Assembly: GCA_963824995.1 (NCBI GenBank)
Contig: CAWGRK010000005.1
Location: forward strand, 1 to 64,000
DNA from: an uncultured Actinomycetes bacterium
Lineage (GTDB): Bacteria; Actinomycetota; Acidimicrobiia; Spongiisociales; DATADW01
Length of the DNA: 64,000 nt
Direction: 5' to 3'
Shown here in pieces: positions 1-9,114 of this stretch. The position numbers and the translations under genes are program-made. The stretch's first letter is position 1, and every line of letters starts with the position of its first letter. Below the pieces are notes generated by a model. The model had not been told where the DNA came from, made no database searches, and saw only the letters and a program-made list of their open reading frames with translations.

Positions 1-1057
1 GCCGGGACCCACCGGCAACGACCTCGACTCCGTCTCCGGCTCTGTCCAGGAAGCCTTCGACTTGGGCCAGTTGATCGGCGTTGTTGAGCGGCCCGTAGGC
101 GGTGTCTTCGTCGAACGGGTCGCCGGTGATCGTCGCCTCAGCTTGGGCGGCAAGAGCATCGACCAGCTCGTCGTGGACCCCTCCACCCACCAGTATCCGG
201 GTGGCAGCGGTGCAGTCCTGGCCGGCATTGAAATAGCCGGCCGCGGCGATGGCCGCGGCCGCCGCTTCTACATCGGCGTCGTCGAACACCAACACTGGCG
301 CCTTTCCCCCTAGCTCGAGGTGGACCCGCTTCAACTGGTCGGCTGCCGCCGCCGCCACCTCCTTGCCGGCCCGGATGCTCCCGGTCACGGAGACCATCTG
401 CGGGACAGGGTGCGACACGAGTGCTCTGCCCGTGTCGCGGTCGCCGCAAAGCACGTTGAACACACCTGGAGGCAGGAACTCGGAGGCGAGCTCGGCCAGC
501 CGCACGGTGGTGACCGGGGTGGTGTCGGACGGCTTGAGGACCACGGTGTTGCCCGCGGCCAGCGCTGGCCCCACCTTCCACACCGCCATCATCAGCGGGT
601 AGTTCCAAGGGGCCACCTGGGCGCAGACACCGACCGGCTCGCGCCGGATCGATGAGGTGTGGCCCTCCATGTATTCGGCGGTGGCCAGCCCGGCCAGCAT
701 CCGAGCGGCGCCGGCGAAGAAGCGAAGCTGGTCAACCGCCGGGGGCAGCTCGCCATCGACCGTTGCTTGATAGGGCTTTCCCGTGTTTTCCACCTCGAGC
801 CGGGCGAGCTCCTCGGTGTGGTCTTCGACGGCGTCGGCGATCCGAAGGAGCGCCATGCTCCGCTCCGAGGGCGTGGTCTCCCGCCAGGTCTCGAAGGCCC
901 GGTCCGCCGCCCGCATCGCGGCGTCGACATCCTCTGCGCCTGACAGCGCAGCTGTGGCGAACTCCTGGCCAGTCACCGGGTCGATCAGCGGTGCTGTCGC
1001 CCCGCTGGCTGCATCGCGCAATTCACCGTCTATGAAGTTGCGCACCGTGGTGGTCAT
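1..1057 (-). CDS. Aldehyde dehydrogenase, gamma-aminobutyraldehyde dehydrogenase-like (partial, runs off left edge)
   Basis: Not in the ORF track; hand-translated from ATG 1057 (SD AGGAGGAG): MTTTVRNFIDGE...RREPVGVCAQVAPWNYPLMMAVWKVGPALAAGNTVVLKPSDTTP, the ALDH signature region. Confidence 0.88.
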   Translation of the reverse strand, partial: MTTTVRNFIDGELRDAASGATAPLIDPVTGQEFATAALSGAEDVDAAMRAADRAFETWRETTPSERSMALLRIADAVEDHTEELARLEVENTGKPYQATVDGELPPAVDQLRFFAGAARMLAGLATAEYMEGHTSSIRREPVGVCAQVAPWNYPLMMAVWKVGPALAAGNTVVLKPSDTTPVTTVRLAELASEFLPPGVFNVLCGDRDTGRALVSHPVPQMVSVTGSIRAGKEVAAAAADQLKRVHLELGGKAPVLVFDDADVEAAAAAIAAAGYFNAGQDCTAATRILVGGGVHDELVDALAAQAEATITGDPFDEDTAYGPLNNADQLAQVEGFLDRAGDGVEVVAGGSR

Positions 1058-1130
1058 GATCGCTCCTCCTCCCTGACGGGAGAAAGGTACCGTCCTCCGC
1101 TTGAGGAATGCCCCCTAGCATCCTCCGACG

Positions 1131-2156
1131 ATGAGCGATTGGCCCTTCGCCCCACCGCTGTCCCCTATGAAGGCCCAGGTGCGCGAGCAGATCCCGCTCG
1201 GCGATTGGGCGTACGAACCCAAGTGGGACGGCTTCCGCATGATCGCCTGGAGCGGACCCGAGATCAGGCTCGACAGCCGAAGCGGTCGTCCTTTGCTCCG
1301 CTACCTGCCCGAGTTGGCGTCGCCACTGGAGCGGCTACCAGCCGGGACGGTGGTGGACGGTGAGATCGTGGTGGTGATCGACGACCGGGTCAGCTTCGAC
1401 GCTTTGGGAAACCGGATCCACCCCGCAGCGTCACGGGTGGCGATGCTCGCCGAGGAGACCCCGGCGGCGCTGGTCGCTTTCGATCTGCTCGCAGCAGACG
1501 GAGAGGATCTCCGTCAGCATCCCTTCTCCGAACGGCGGCGGAAGCTGGAGGGCCTCGTGCCCCGGCTGGGCGCGCCGTGGAACCTGAGCCCGCTCTCCAC
1601 CGACCCCGAGGAGGCGCGACGATGGTTCGTGGAATACGAGGCGGCCGGATGCGACGGCCTCGTCTGCAAGAGGCTCGACCAGCGTTATGTCGAGGAGAAA
1701 CGGGAGATGGTCAAGGTCAAGCACCGTCGGACGGTGGACGTCGTGGTGGGTGGGTACCGCGAGCACAAGGATGGGGGCAAGGTCGGCTCGCTCCTTCTCG
1801 GGATGTACGCCCCCAATGGTCAACTCCACTTCGTGGGCCACACCTCCGGGTTCTCCGACAAGGACCGCAAGGCCGTCTTCGAGCAACTCCAGCCTCTGGT
1901 GGGTGGGGCCAGCTTCGGCGAGGACGTGAGGGTTCCAGGTGCGGAGAGCCGCTGGACCGGCGGCAAGGACCTCTCCTGGGTTCCGCTGCGCAACGAACTG
2001 GTGGCCGAGGTCAGCTTCGACCAACTCGCCGAAGGCAGGTTCCGGCACGGCGCCCGTTTCGAGCGGTGGCGAGTCGACAAGCCGCCCGAGGAGTGCACTC
2101 TCGACCAGATCGACCCGCCGGTGGGCGCCGGATTCGACGAGGTCGTGGGCGGCTGA
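1131..2156 (+). CDS. ligC: ATP-dependent DNA ligase, LigC type
   Basis: Motif I YEPKWDGFR, VVDGEIV, VAFDLL, DGLVCK, KVKHRRT, C-terminal FRHGARFERWRVDK; 341 aa. Confidence 0.88.
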   Translation: MSDWPFAPPLSPMKAQVREQIPLGDWAYEPKWDGFRMIAWSGPEIRLDSRSGRPLLRYLPELASPLERLPAGTVVDGEIVVVIDDRVSFDALGNRIHPAASRVAMLAEETPAALVAFDLLAADGEDLRQHPFSERRRKLEGLVPRLGAPWNLSPLSTDPEEARRWFVEYEAAGCDGLVCKRLDQRYVEEKREMVKVKHRRTVDVVVGGYREHKDGGKVGSLLLGMYAPNGQLHFVGHTSGFSDKDRKAVFEQLQPLVGGASFGEDVRVPGAESRWTGGKDLSWVPLRNELVAEVSFDQLAEGRFRHGARFERWRVDKPPEECTLDQIDPPVGAGFDEVVGG

Positions 2157-2197
2157 ATCGCCGGGCACGTCCGCCACGGCACCCCTAGCCTGTCCCG

Positions 2198-2260
2198 ATG
2201 GGTACCTTCACGGTGCGTCGCCGTGGCGAGGCGCACCCCCCGGGACCGACAGCGTCGTAG
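2198..2260 (+). promoter_or_regulatory. Candidate leaderless leader peptide MGTFTVRRRGEAHPPGPTAS overlapping the erm-like start
   Basis: TAGCCT (-10-like, 2186-2191) + 6 nt + ATG 2198; 20 codons to TAG 2258-2260; RRR at codons 7-9 lies over the GTG at 2223. Confidence 0.4.
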
Positions 2261-2876
2261 CCTCGGTCAGAACTTCCTCGTAGACCGCGCTCTTGTCGAG
2301 CGGATGGCTTCCACTGTCTTGGCCGGCGAGTTGGTCCTCGATCTCGGGGCTGGCACCGGCGCGCTCACAATCCCATTGGCGAAGGCCGGCGCCAGGGTGG
2401 TGGCGGTGGAGACGGATCCGATCTGGGCACAGAGGCTCACCGGACATCTTGCGGAGATTGGTTTGGCCGATGGCGTCGAGGTCGTCGTCGGTGACATCCT
2501 GACAGCGCCGCTCCCGTCCGAGCCTTACCGGGTCCTGTCCAGCCCGCCGTTCGGGATCACAACCGCGGTGATGCGACGGCTCTTCGATCGGCCCGAGCAC
2601 GGTCCGTACCGGGCCGATCTCTTGGTTCAGTGGCAGGTCGCTCGCAAGCGATCGCGGATGCCTCCCTCGACGCTGCTCTCAACGATATGGGCGCCATGGT
2701 GGGAAACGACGATCGTGGAGCGCGTTCCCAAGAAGGCCTTCGCCCCGGTGCCGCGGGTGGATGCCGGCTGGCTAGCCGTGACGAGGCGACACCCATCTCT
2801 GTTGCCATCCGGGCTCGCACCGGGGTACGCCCGATTCCTCAGAGCTGAGTGGGACCACCGGCCCGGCGTACCCTGA
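2223..2876 (+). CDS. Erm/KsgA-family rRNA adenine N6-methyltransferase, Erm-like, short form
   Basis: RRSLGQNFL, VLDLGAGTGALT (SAM binding), SSPPFGITT (motif IV), FAPVPRVDAGWL; 217 aa. Confidence 0.85.
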   Translation: MARRTPRDRQRRSLGQNFLVDRALVERMASTVLAGELVLDLGAGTGALTIPLAKAGARVVAVETDPIWAQRLTGHLAEIGLADGVEVVVGDILTAPLPSEPYRVLSSPPFGITTAVMRRLFDRPEHGPYRADLLVQWQVARKRSRMPPSTLLSTIWAPWWETTIVERVPKKAFAPVPRVDAGWLAVTRRHPSLLPSGLAPGYARFLRAEWDHRPGVP

Positions 2877-2880
2877 TCCG

Positions 2881-3774
2881 GTGGACGAGATTCGAGTCGT
2901 CGAGGTTGGGCCGCGCGACGGCCTCCAGAACGAAGCAGTGGAGTTGTTCACATCTGACAAGGTCGAGTTGATCGATCGCCTGATCGGCGCAGGTGTGAGC
3001 AGGATCGAAGCAGTGAGCTTCGCCCACCCCGAGCGCGTCCCGCAGATGGCCGATGCCGAGGGGGTGATGTCCGCCCTACCCACACCGGGCGACGCGCGTC
3101 TGATTGGTCTGGTGATGAACTGGAAGGGCTGGCAACGCGCCGGTGCCACCGGCGTGGATGAGGTGAACGTGCCGGTCTTCGCCACCGAGACCTTCAATGA
3201 GCGCAATCAGGGGGTCCCGATCGCCCAGACCGTCACCGAACTGGCCGACGTGGTTTCCGCCGCAGCGGAGAAAGGCGTGACGGTGACCGGCACGGTGAGC
3301 GCCGCTTGGGGATGTCCTTTCGAAGGCGAGGTCCCCATCGGTCAGGTGGTTCGGTTGGCCGAGGAAATCGCCACCGCCGGGGTGGGGGAGTTGGCGCTGG
3401 CTGACACGATCGGGGTGGCCGACCCGTGGTCAGTGGAGAGGCTTCTCCATGCCGTCGGCGCCGCCGTCGACGGGCTATCCCTGCGGGTCCACTTCCACGA
3501 CACCCGGAACGCCGGGTTGGCCAACGTCTTCTCGGCGGTGCAGAACGGGGTGACGGTGGTCGATGCCTCGGCGGGTGGGATCGGTGGTTGCCCTTTCGCA
3601 CCGGCGGCTACCGGCAACATCGCCACCGAGGATCTGGTGTTCATGCTGCACCGCGCCGGGTTCGACACAGGGATCGACCTGGCTGCCCTTCTGCGGGTTT
3701 CGGCGTGGCTGGAGATGAAACTCGGCCACCCGGTGCCGTCGATGCTCCTCAAGGCGGGCGACTGGCCCGAGTAG
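2881..3774 (+). CDS. Hydroxymethylglutaryl-CoA lyase
   Basis: EVGPRDGLQNE, GCPFEG, LADTIG, HFHDTR, GGCPFAPAATGNIATED. Confidence 0.92.
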   Translation: MDEIRVVEVGPRDGLQNEAVELFTSDKVELIDRLIGAGVSRIEAVSFAHPERVPQMADAEGVMSALPTPGDARLIGLVMNWKGWQRAGATGVDEVNVPVFATETFNERNQGVPIAQTVTELADVVSAAAEKGVTVTGTVSAAWGCPFEGEVPIGQVVRLAEEIATAGVGELALADTIGVADPWSVERLLHAVGAAVDGLSLRVHFHDTRNAGLANVFSAVQNGVTVVDASAGGIGGCPFAPAATGNIATEDLVFMLHRAGFDTGIDLAALLRVSAWLEMKLGHPVPSMLLKAGDWPE

Positions 3775-3798
3775 ATGGCAAATGGTCCCGCCGTGTGC

Positions 3799-3824
3799 GC
3801 CGTCCGCCGTCCGCCGTCCGCCGT
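3799..3824. repeat. Heptamer tandem repeat (GCCGTCC) x about 3.7 between convergent genes
   Basis: gccgtcc gccgtcc gccgtcc gccgt, directly abutting the TAG of the minus-strand methyltransferase. Confidence 0.85.
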
Positions 3825-4625
3825 CTATTCCTTGCGCCCGACCACAACGAGACTCTCGAATGGAAACTCGAGACGGCCTTCGTCGGTGACGAATCGAGCA
3901 AACATCTCGTTGGCCTCCCGGCGAATCCGCTCATAGACGTCCTCGGTGATCCGCTCACCGAGTGGTGTGCTTTCGACCTCGGTGGCAACAGCTGCATCGA
4001 TCGAGGGGAATCTGGAGAGACCGGTGTGGGAGGTGACGACCGTCGACGTCAGCCCGGCTTGATCGAACAATGTCCGCAACTCGACTGCGTCGCCGCAGGC
4101 GAAGTAGGTGCTGAGAAGTGACCGTGCCTCGGGTCCGGCGTGTCGCGCCGCCATTTCGACGAAGGGCTTGTATGCCGGCTGGGCATCGAGCGAACTAGGG
4201 ACCAGGACGCCAACCGAGCCCCCGGGCATCGTCACGCGGACCATCTCCCTCAAGGCCGCTGGGCGATCGGGGAAGAACATCAAGGCCATCTGACACAACA
4301 CCGCGTCGAATGAAGCGTTTGGCAGGGGAAGAGCCGCGACATCACCTTGACGCCAGGAGATGTCCGGATCGACCCGGCCGGCGACGGTGAGCATCGCCTC
4401 GTTGAGGTCGAGGCCGATCACATTGCGCGGACCAACGGTGCGGGCAGCAGTTCGGGCGACGATCCCGGTGCCGCATGCCACGTCGAGGACCTGCTGGCCG
4501 GCGGTGAGCATGACGGCTTCGCAGAGCAGCGGAGCCCATTGTGCGAAGAACGCCGGGACAAAGGCGTCCTCATACGCTTCGGCCGCTTCGATCGGGATCT
4601 GGAAGGACTCGGTCGATGTCGTCAT
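3825..4625 (-). CDS. Class I SAM-dependent methyltransferase (UbiE-like)
   Basis: VLDVACGTGIVAR, GLDLNEAML, FDAVLCQMALMFFPD; start at ATG 4625 or 4634, since the ORF-track start overlaps the upstream gene. Confidence 0.88.
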   Translation of the reverse strand: MTTSTESFQIPIEAAEAYEDAFVPAFFAQWAPLLCEAVMLTAGQQVLDVACGTGIVARTAARTVGPRNVIGLDLNEAMLTVAGRVDPDISWRQGDVAALPLPNASFDAVLCQMALMFFPDRPAALREMVRVTMPGGSVGVLVPSSLDAQPAYKPFVEMAARHAGPEARSLLSTYFACGDAVELRTLFDQAGLTSTVVTSHTGLSRFPSIDAAVATEVESTPLGERITEDVYERIRREANEMFARFVTDEGRLEFPFESLVVVGRKE

Positions 4626-4658
4626 GACCGCCATGATCGAGTAGTCGGCAGGTCGCGC

Positions 4659-4678
4659 ACATCGGGCAGATGACCTAT
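4659..4678 (-). promoter_or_regulatory. Putative LuxR-family binding site ATAGGTCATCTGCCCGATGT
   Basis: 14 nt after the LuxR stop and upstream of the methyltransferase; 15/20 identical to the equivalent site at 60212-60231. Confidence 0.5.
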
Positions 4679-4692
4679 ACCGCGTCCGGTTC

Positions 4693-6354
4693 CTACAACC
4701 GGGTTGATATCCCGAGCGTGGCGACGGCATAGGCCGCCGCCTCGCTCCGGTTGCGCAGATTGAGCTTGGCGAGGATGCGGCTGACGTGGTGTGACGCGGT
4801 CTTCCGGCTCACATAGAGCCGCTCGGCAATCTCCCGGTTTGAAAGACCGGCGGCAAGGAGGCGGAGCACCTCATGCTCACGCCTGGTGAGCACCCCGACA
4901 GATTTCGGACCGGACCTCCCGCGCACGCCGGCAGAGCGCAGGAAGGCGGCGGTGCGGTCGGCCTCAGCCGAAGCGCCGAGCTCGTCGAATCCTGCCAGGG
5001 CGACTCGAGCGAGGTCCACCGAGACGTCGGGCTGGGCCGAGGCGAGCGCTTTGGCGAGATCCAGCCTGGCCGCGGCAACCTCAAAGGGGTGCTCGAGGAC
5101 AGACCAGATCCTCATGGCCGTTTCGAGTTGGGCCACCGCGGTCTCTGTGTCGCCCTGGGCCGCACATACCCGGCCTGCCGCGCCCGCTGCCAGAGCTTCG
5201 ATCTTCGAGCCCTTGGCTGCCGCGGCGACCTCATCCAACCTCTGGGCGGCAATGGCAGCATCCGAAAGGTCGTTCGATGAGAGGTGGGCATCGACCAATA
5301 GGTCGAGGGCAACCGCCAGGTGCGAGCGGTGCTCCGCAAGCCGCCGCATCCGCAGCTCGAGTAATCGGCTCGCCCTTTCCCCATCCCCACGGGCAAGCGC
5401 CAGGGCAGCGGTCGACAAAGCGGCCTCGTTCTCCCCTTCCACCGCGTCGCCGGCGTGGGTCAACAGCGACTCGGCCTCCTCGAGCCGCCCTTGTCGCACC
5501 CGAAGCCCGGCCAGACGCGTCAGGCCCCGGCTGTGGAGCCCAGGACTGGAACCCTCCGCAGTCCGCAAGCCGGCAAGAAGCTCCTGCTCCGCTTCGTCCC
5601 ATCGGCCCTTGGCGACCAGCACGCTCCCGTAATAGATGCGGCACTCGGCATAGAGAAAGGGCGACCCGTACTCCTCGACGAAGCCGTCGGCCACCTCGCA
5701 CCACTTCGCGGCGCGCTCGATATCGCTGGCCAATTCGCAGGCGTTGAGCATGTCGCAGCAGGCATAGACCACGGTGGTGAGAGTTGTGCGCTCGCCTCCC
5801 AGCACCGCAGCCATCGCCTCGTCGATCAAGGCGAACCCACCGTCCGTGTCGCCTTTGCCCACCCGGATCAGCCCCAACTGGGTCATGGCGGTCAGTTCCA
5901 GGTCTGGGTCGCCCGAGGCTCTGGCCAACTCGAGCGCTCGTTCCGACAGCTTCTCAGCAGCGCCGAGATCGTTCATGCGATAGGCGCGGGTGACCATGCT
6001 CATTGCATGCAGCGGTCCGGGATCGAGTGGCTCCAACATTCGCTCCGCCCGAGCAACCCACCCGTTGCCGGCGGCATGGTTGGCGTAGTCAGCCTTGTAG
6101 GTGATGCCGAGCCACAGTGCACACTCGACGGCTCGTTCTACGGTTCCGGCCCGCTTGAACAGTGCATATGCCTTGGTGCATTCGGCGACGCTCTCACGGG
6201 TAGCGCCGAGCCACCACAAGGCAAACCCCAACCCGAGATGGCCATCAGCCGAATCTTCGGCTGTTAGGGCTTGCTCGAATGCTGTCCGCGCTTCCTCCCA
6301 GCGACCCGCGCCGAGGGCCGCTTCACCGGTGGCGAGGAGGTCTGCCGATCCCAT
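4693..6354 (-). CDS. TPR-containing LuxR-family transcriptional regulator
   Basis: Helical Ala-rich TPR-like body; C-terminal HTH LTRREHEVLRLLAAGLSNREIAERLYVSRKTASHHVSRILAKL. Confidence 0.9.
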   Translation of the reverse strand: MGSADLLATGEAALGAGRWEEARTAFEQALTAEDSADGHLGLGFALWWLGATRESVAECTKAYALFKRAGTVERAVECALWLGITYKADYANHAAGNGWVARAERMLEPLDPGPLHAMSMVTRAYRMNDLGAAEKLSERALELARASGDPDLELTAMTQLGLIRVGKGDTDGGFALIDEAMAAVLGGERTTLTTVVYACCDMLNACELASDIERAAKWCEVADGFVEEYGSPFLYAECRIYYGSVLVAKGRWDEAEQELLAGLRTAEGSSPGLHSRGLTRLAGLRVRQGRLEEAESLLTHAGDAVEGENEAALSTAALALARGDGERASRLLELRMRRLAEHRSHLAVALDLLVDAHLSSNDLSDAAIAAQRLDEVAAAAKGSKIEALAAGAAGRVCAAQGDTETAVAQLETAMRIWSVLEHPFEVAAARLDLAKALASAQPDVSVDLARVALAGFDELGASAEADRTAAFLRSAGVRGRSGPKSVGVLTRREHEVLRLLAAGLSNREIAERLYVSRKTASHHVSRILAKLNLRNRSEAAAYAVATLGISTRL

Positions 6355-6383
6355 CGGCCCATTCTGCCGCCCATCTGTTGATT

Positions 6384-6755
6384 TCAGACCCCGAGGACGC
6401 TCTTGGCGAGTTCGACGTCCTGGGTGCCGATCACAGCGCGTCCGTCGGGGCTGAAATAGGCGACGTAGACGCCGACGCCGGCGTCCGCCAGCCGCCTGGC
6501 CACCCCGGAGAGCCCGTGTTGTGTGGCATCGACGATGACCACGTCGCGCTCGTCGAGCACAGTGTGACCCGAGTCGACGATGACCTCACGCGCCTGTTCG
6601 GCGAGCTCGTCATCGAAGGCGACGTGGGCGATCCGTCCTTCGAGCCGGGGAAAGAAGCAGCCGGCCACGGGAGGGATGCCCGCGTCGGCGAGACGCTCCA
6701 GCAATGTGGCGACCGTGCCTGGTTTCGTATCGAGCAGTAGCGCCAGATCTCTCAT
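6384..6755 (-). CDS. Tandem ACT-like domain protein
   Basis: Two D-x-PG / L-x-DAG(I/V) halves (DTKPGTVATLLERLADAGI; VARRLADAGVGVYVAY); SD GAAGGA. Confidence 0.65.
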   Translation of the reverse strand: MRDLALLLDTKPGTVATLLERLADAGIPPVAGCFFPRLEGRIAHVAFDDELAEQAREVIVDSGHTVLDERDVVIVDATQHGLSGVARRLADAGVGVYVAYFSPDGRAVIGTQDVELAKSVLGV

Positions 6756-6797
6756 GCCAGATCCTTCATGTCAAAACTCTCATCATTGCCTCCAAAC

Positions 6798-7649
6798 TCA
6801 GCCCCGGGGACCCGTCAACGGGAGTCGAGGATCGGGTTCGAGACCCTCCCACGATTGTCGGACTTCGGCGTGGGCCGGATCGTCGCATGCCTTCCATACG
6901 CGCTCGTCGCCAGGACCGGCCATCACGTTGAGGTAGTAGAGGTGGTGCCCGGGGGCGGCGACGCACGGGCCGTGGTAGCCACGGGGTATGAGGAAAACGT
7001 CTCCATCCTGGACGGTCACCGTGGCGTCGATGGATCGGTCATCGGTGTAGGTGCGGTGCAACCCGAACCCACCTTCTCCTTGCACTCGGAAGTAGTAGAT
7101 CTCCTCGAGAGGAGCTTCGCACAACGACCACTCGTCGTGCTTGTGAGGTGGCCACGACGACCAGTTCCCGCCGGGTGTCAGCACCTCGACGACGATGATC
7201 CGTACCGCATGATCGACGTCGGCGGGAAGCAGGTTGTTCACCTGCCGGGTGGCTGATCCCCGCCCTCGGATCTCGACGGCGATCTCGGTGGCGTCAAACC
7301 GTCGTGCCTCGTACCCGGTGGCTGCCGGGGCGGTCGCCACGGCAAGCTCGCCCCTGCCGGTCAGTTCGATGGTCGAACCGGGGGGCAGATAGACCAGGTC
7401 GGTGATGGCGGCGAAGACGTCCTGCCGACCCTCCAATACGAACGAGTTGTCACCCTCGACGCGGAAGGTTCCCGACAACGGGACGAGCACCGCCTCGTCG
7501 CTCCCGGTATGGAGCGTGCGGCTCGCGCTTCCATCGAATGCCATCACCCGGAGGCCGCAGTATTCCCATCCAGCCTGGCCGGGGTCTAATGCCACCGGAT
7601 CGGACCCGTCAGCGAGGGTGCCGGCAGGGCGGAACAGGTCAGCGCTCAC
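6798..7649 (-). CDS. iolB: 5-deoxy-glucuronate isomerase
   Basis: EVLTPGGNWSSWPPHKHDE, LEEIYYF, PRGYHGPCVAAPG, YYLNVMAG. Confidence 0.95.
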   Translation of the reverse strand: MSADLFRPAGTLADGSDPVALDPGQAGWEYCGLRVMAFDGSASRTLHTGSDEAVLVPLSGTFRVEGDNSFVLEGRQDVFAAITDLVYLPPGSTIELTGRGELAVATAPAATGYEARRFDATEIAVEIRGRGSATRQVNNLLPADVDHAVRIIVVEVLTPGGNWSSWPPHKHDEWSLCEAPLEEIYYFRVQGEGGFGLHRTYTDDRSIDATVTVQDGDVFLIPRGYHGPCVAAPGHHLYYLNVMAGPGDERVWKACDDPAHAEVRQSWEGLEPDPRLPLTGPRG

Positions 7650-8538
7650 TGGTCCCCCTCACCACCGCCACCGCCCGATCGACCGCCGCCCCGACGTCCC
7701 CATCTCGGGGGTAGAGCAAACTGCGACCTGCGACCAGTCCTCGTGTCTGAGGCAGTTCCATGGCGCCCGTCCAGCCGGCGAACAGCTCTTCGGACCGCTC
7801 ACCCGGGTCGCCACCGAGGAGCAGGCACGGGAGGCTGGTCGTCGCAAGTACCCGCTCCATCTCGGCAGAGGCAGGCAGCTTGAGCCATGTGTAGGCCGAG
7901 ACCGGACCGAGCGCCGACGCCACTGCAACTGCTTCGATCAGCAGATCGGGGTCGTCCACCACCCTGACCCTTCCGTCTGGGTCACGTCGCGCCGGGAGCG
8001 GCTCGATCATGGCAATCAGGCGTTCCCCCGCCAGCGCGCCGACTGCCTCTGCACAGGCGACCAGGGTCTCGTTGGTTCCCTGATCCGAGTAGTCGATACG
8101 GAGCAGCATCTTGCCTCCGTCGAGACCCAAGGCGGCAATGGTGGGTGCGTCGTATGCGGTGAACCTGTCGTTCAACTCCCAGGATGATCCGGTCAATCCT
8201 CCTCGGTTCATCGAGCCGAACACCACGCGGCCGTCCAACTCCCCGAGGCGCAGCAGGTCCTCGAAGATGTCGGGAGTAGCCAGCACCCCGTCCACCCCCG
8301 GTCGTCGCAGCGCCACGACGACACGCTCGAGCAACCGGCGGCGGTCGGCCATCGCCCGCGGGTCGTCGCCCACCCCGAGGATCCGGCGAGCCGGGTGGTC
8401 GGCGGCGATGATCACCAGTCGACCGTCCTCGGCGAGCAAGGGACGGCGCCGACGGCTTGAAGCCAGTTCGAATAGCCGCTCGGGCTGCCGGGCCCTGTCC
8501 TCCAGCAGCCACCGCCACTGCTCATCGTCGATCAACAC
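7639..8538 (-). CDS. Class I aldolase-like TIM barrel of actinobacterial iol clusters (Cgl0159-like; probable IolJ substitute)
   Basis: IIAADHPAR, GVDGVLATPD, GSMNRGGL, GGKMLLRID, YTWLKLP, LLGGDP, GRSLLYP. Confidence 0.85.
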   Translation of the reverse strand: MLIDDEQWRWLLEDRARQPERLFELASSRRRRPLLAEDGRLVIIAADHPARRILGVGDDPRAMADRRRLLERVVVALRRPGVDGVLATPDIFEDLLRLGELDGRVVFGSMNRGGLTGSSWELNDRFTAYDAPTIAALGLDGGKMLLRIDYSDQGTNETLVACAEAVGALAGERLIAMIEPLPARRDPDGRVRVVDDPDLLIEAVAVASALGPVSAYTWLKLPASAEMERVLATTSLPCLLLGGDPGERSEELFAGWTGAMELPQTRGLVAGRSLLYPRDGDVGAAVDRAVAVVRGTSER

Positions 8539-8567
8539 GGCACACCCGCAAAGGGCACAATTGGGGG

Positions 8568-9113
8568 ATGGGTCGGCACATCACCGTCGTGGTCCCGGCG
8601 ATCGCTCTGGCCGTGGCCGGGCTCGCCGCTGCGGCACCACCGCCGCGGATGCTGGTGGATCCGGGCACGCCCGAGGATGTTGCGGCGCTGGCTGCGGACA
8701 CCTTCGATGAGTTCATCGAAGAGGCGCCGGCTCTCGAGAATTGTGTGGGAAACATCCGGCTCGCCGGGGCATGGAGGCTGGATGACCGTGGCGAATACGA
8801 CGCCGACACATCGAGGATCACCGTCCGGATCCCGGGTACGGCGCCGCGACTTGCGGGAACCCTCGTGCACGAGCTTGGCCACCACGTGGACGCGGCGTGC
8901 CTCAGCGACGATGTCCGGGTGTCGTTCCGCAGGGCGCAAGGGATCTCGGACGACCTCTCCTGGGACGTCGGTGCAACCTGGGCTGAGGTCCCTGCGGAGC
9001 AATTCGCCGAGGCGATTGTCGAGGTCGTATTGGGACGGCGCTCTCCGACGCTGGGGGTGAGGATCGGTCCGGCCGCGGTCGAGCTCGTGGCTCGATGGGT
9101 CGGCGGCGGGTGA
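8568..9113 (+). CDS. Secreted HExxH putative zinc metallopeptidase-like protein, antisense to the iol operon
   Basis: Signal-like VVVPAIALAVAGLAAAA; TLVHELGHHVD; downstream PAEQFAEA third-ligand-like motif. Confidence 0.65.
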   Translation: MGRHITVVVPAIALAVAGLAAAAPPPRMLVDPGTPEDVAALAADTFDEFIEEAPALENCVGNIRLAGAWRLDDRGEYDADTSRITVRIPGTAPRLAGTLVHELGHHVDAACLSDDVRVSFRRAQGISDDLSWDVGATWAEVPAEQFAEAIVEVVLGRRSPTLGVRIGPAAVELVARWVGGG

Positions 9114-9114
9114 A

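Noticed and set aside
1131..2156. Ligase as the marker of an NHEJ operon or mobile element
   Set aside because: No ku, ligD, primase-polymerase or phage genes are adjacent; a standalone LigC is ordinary in actinobacteria.
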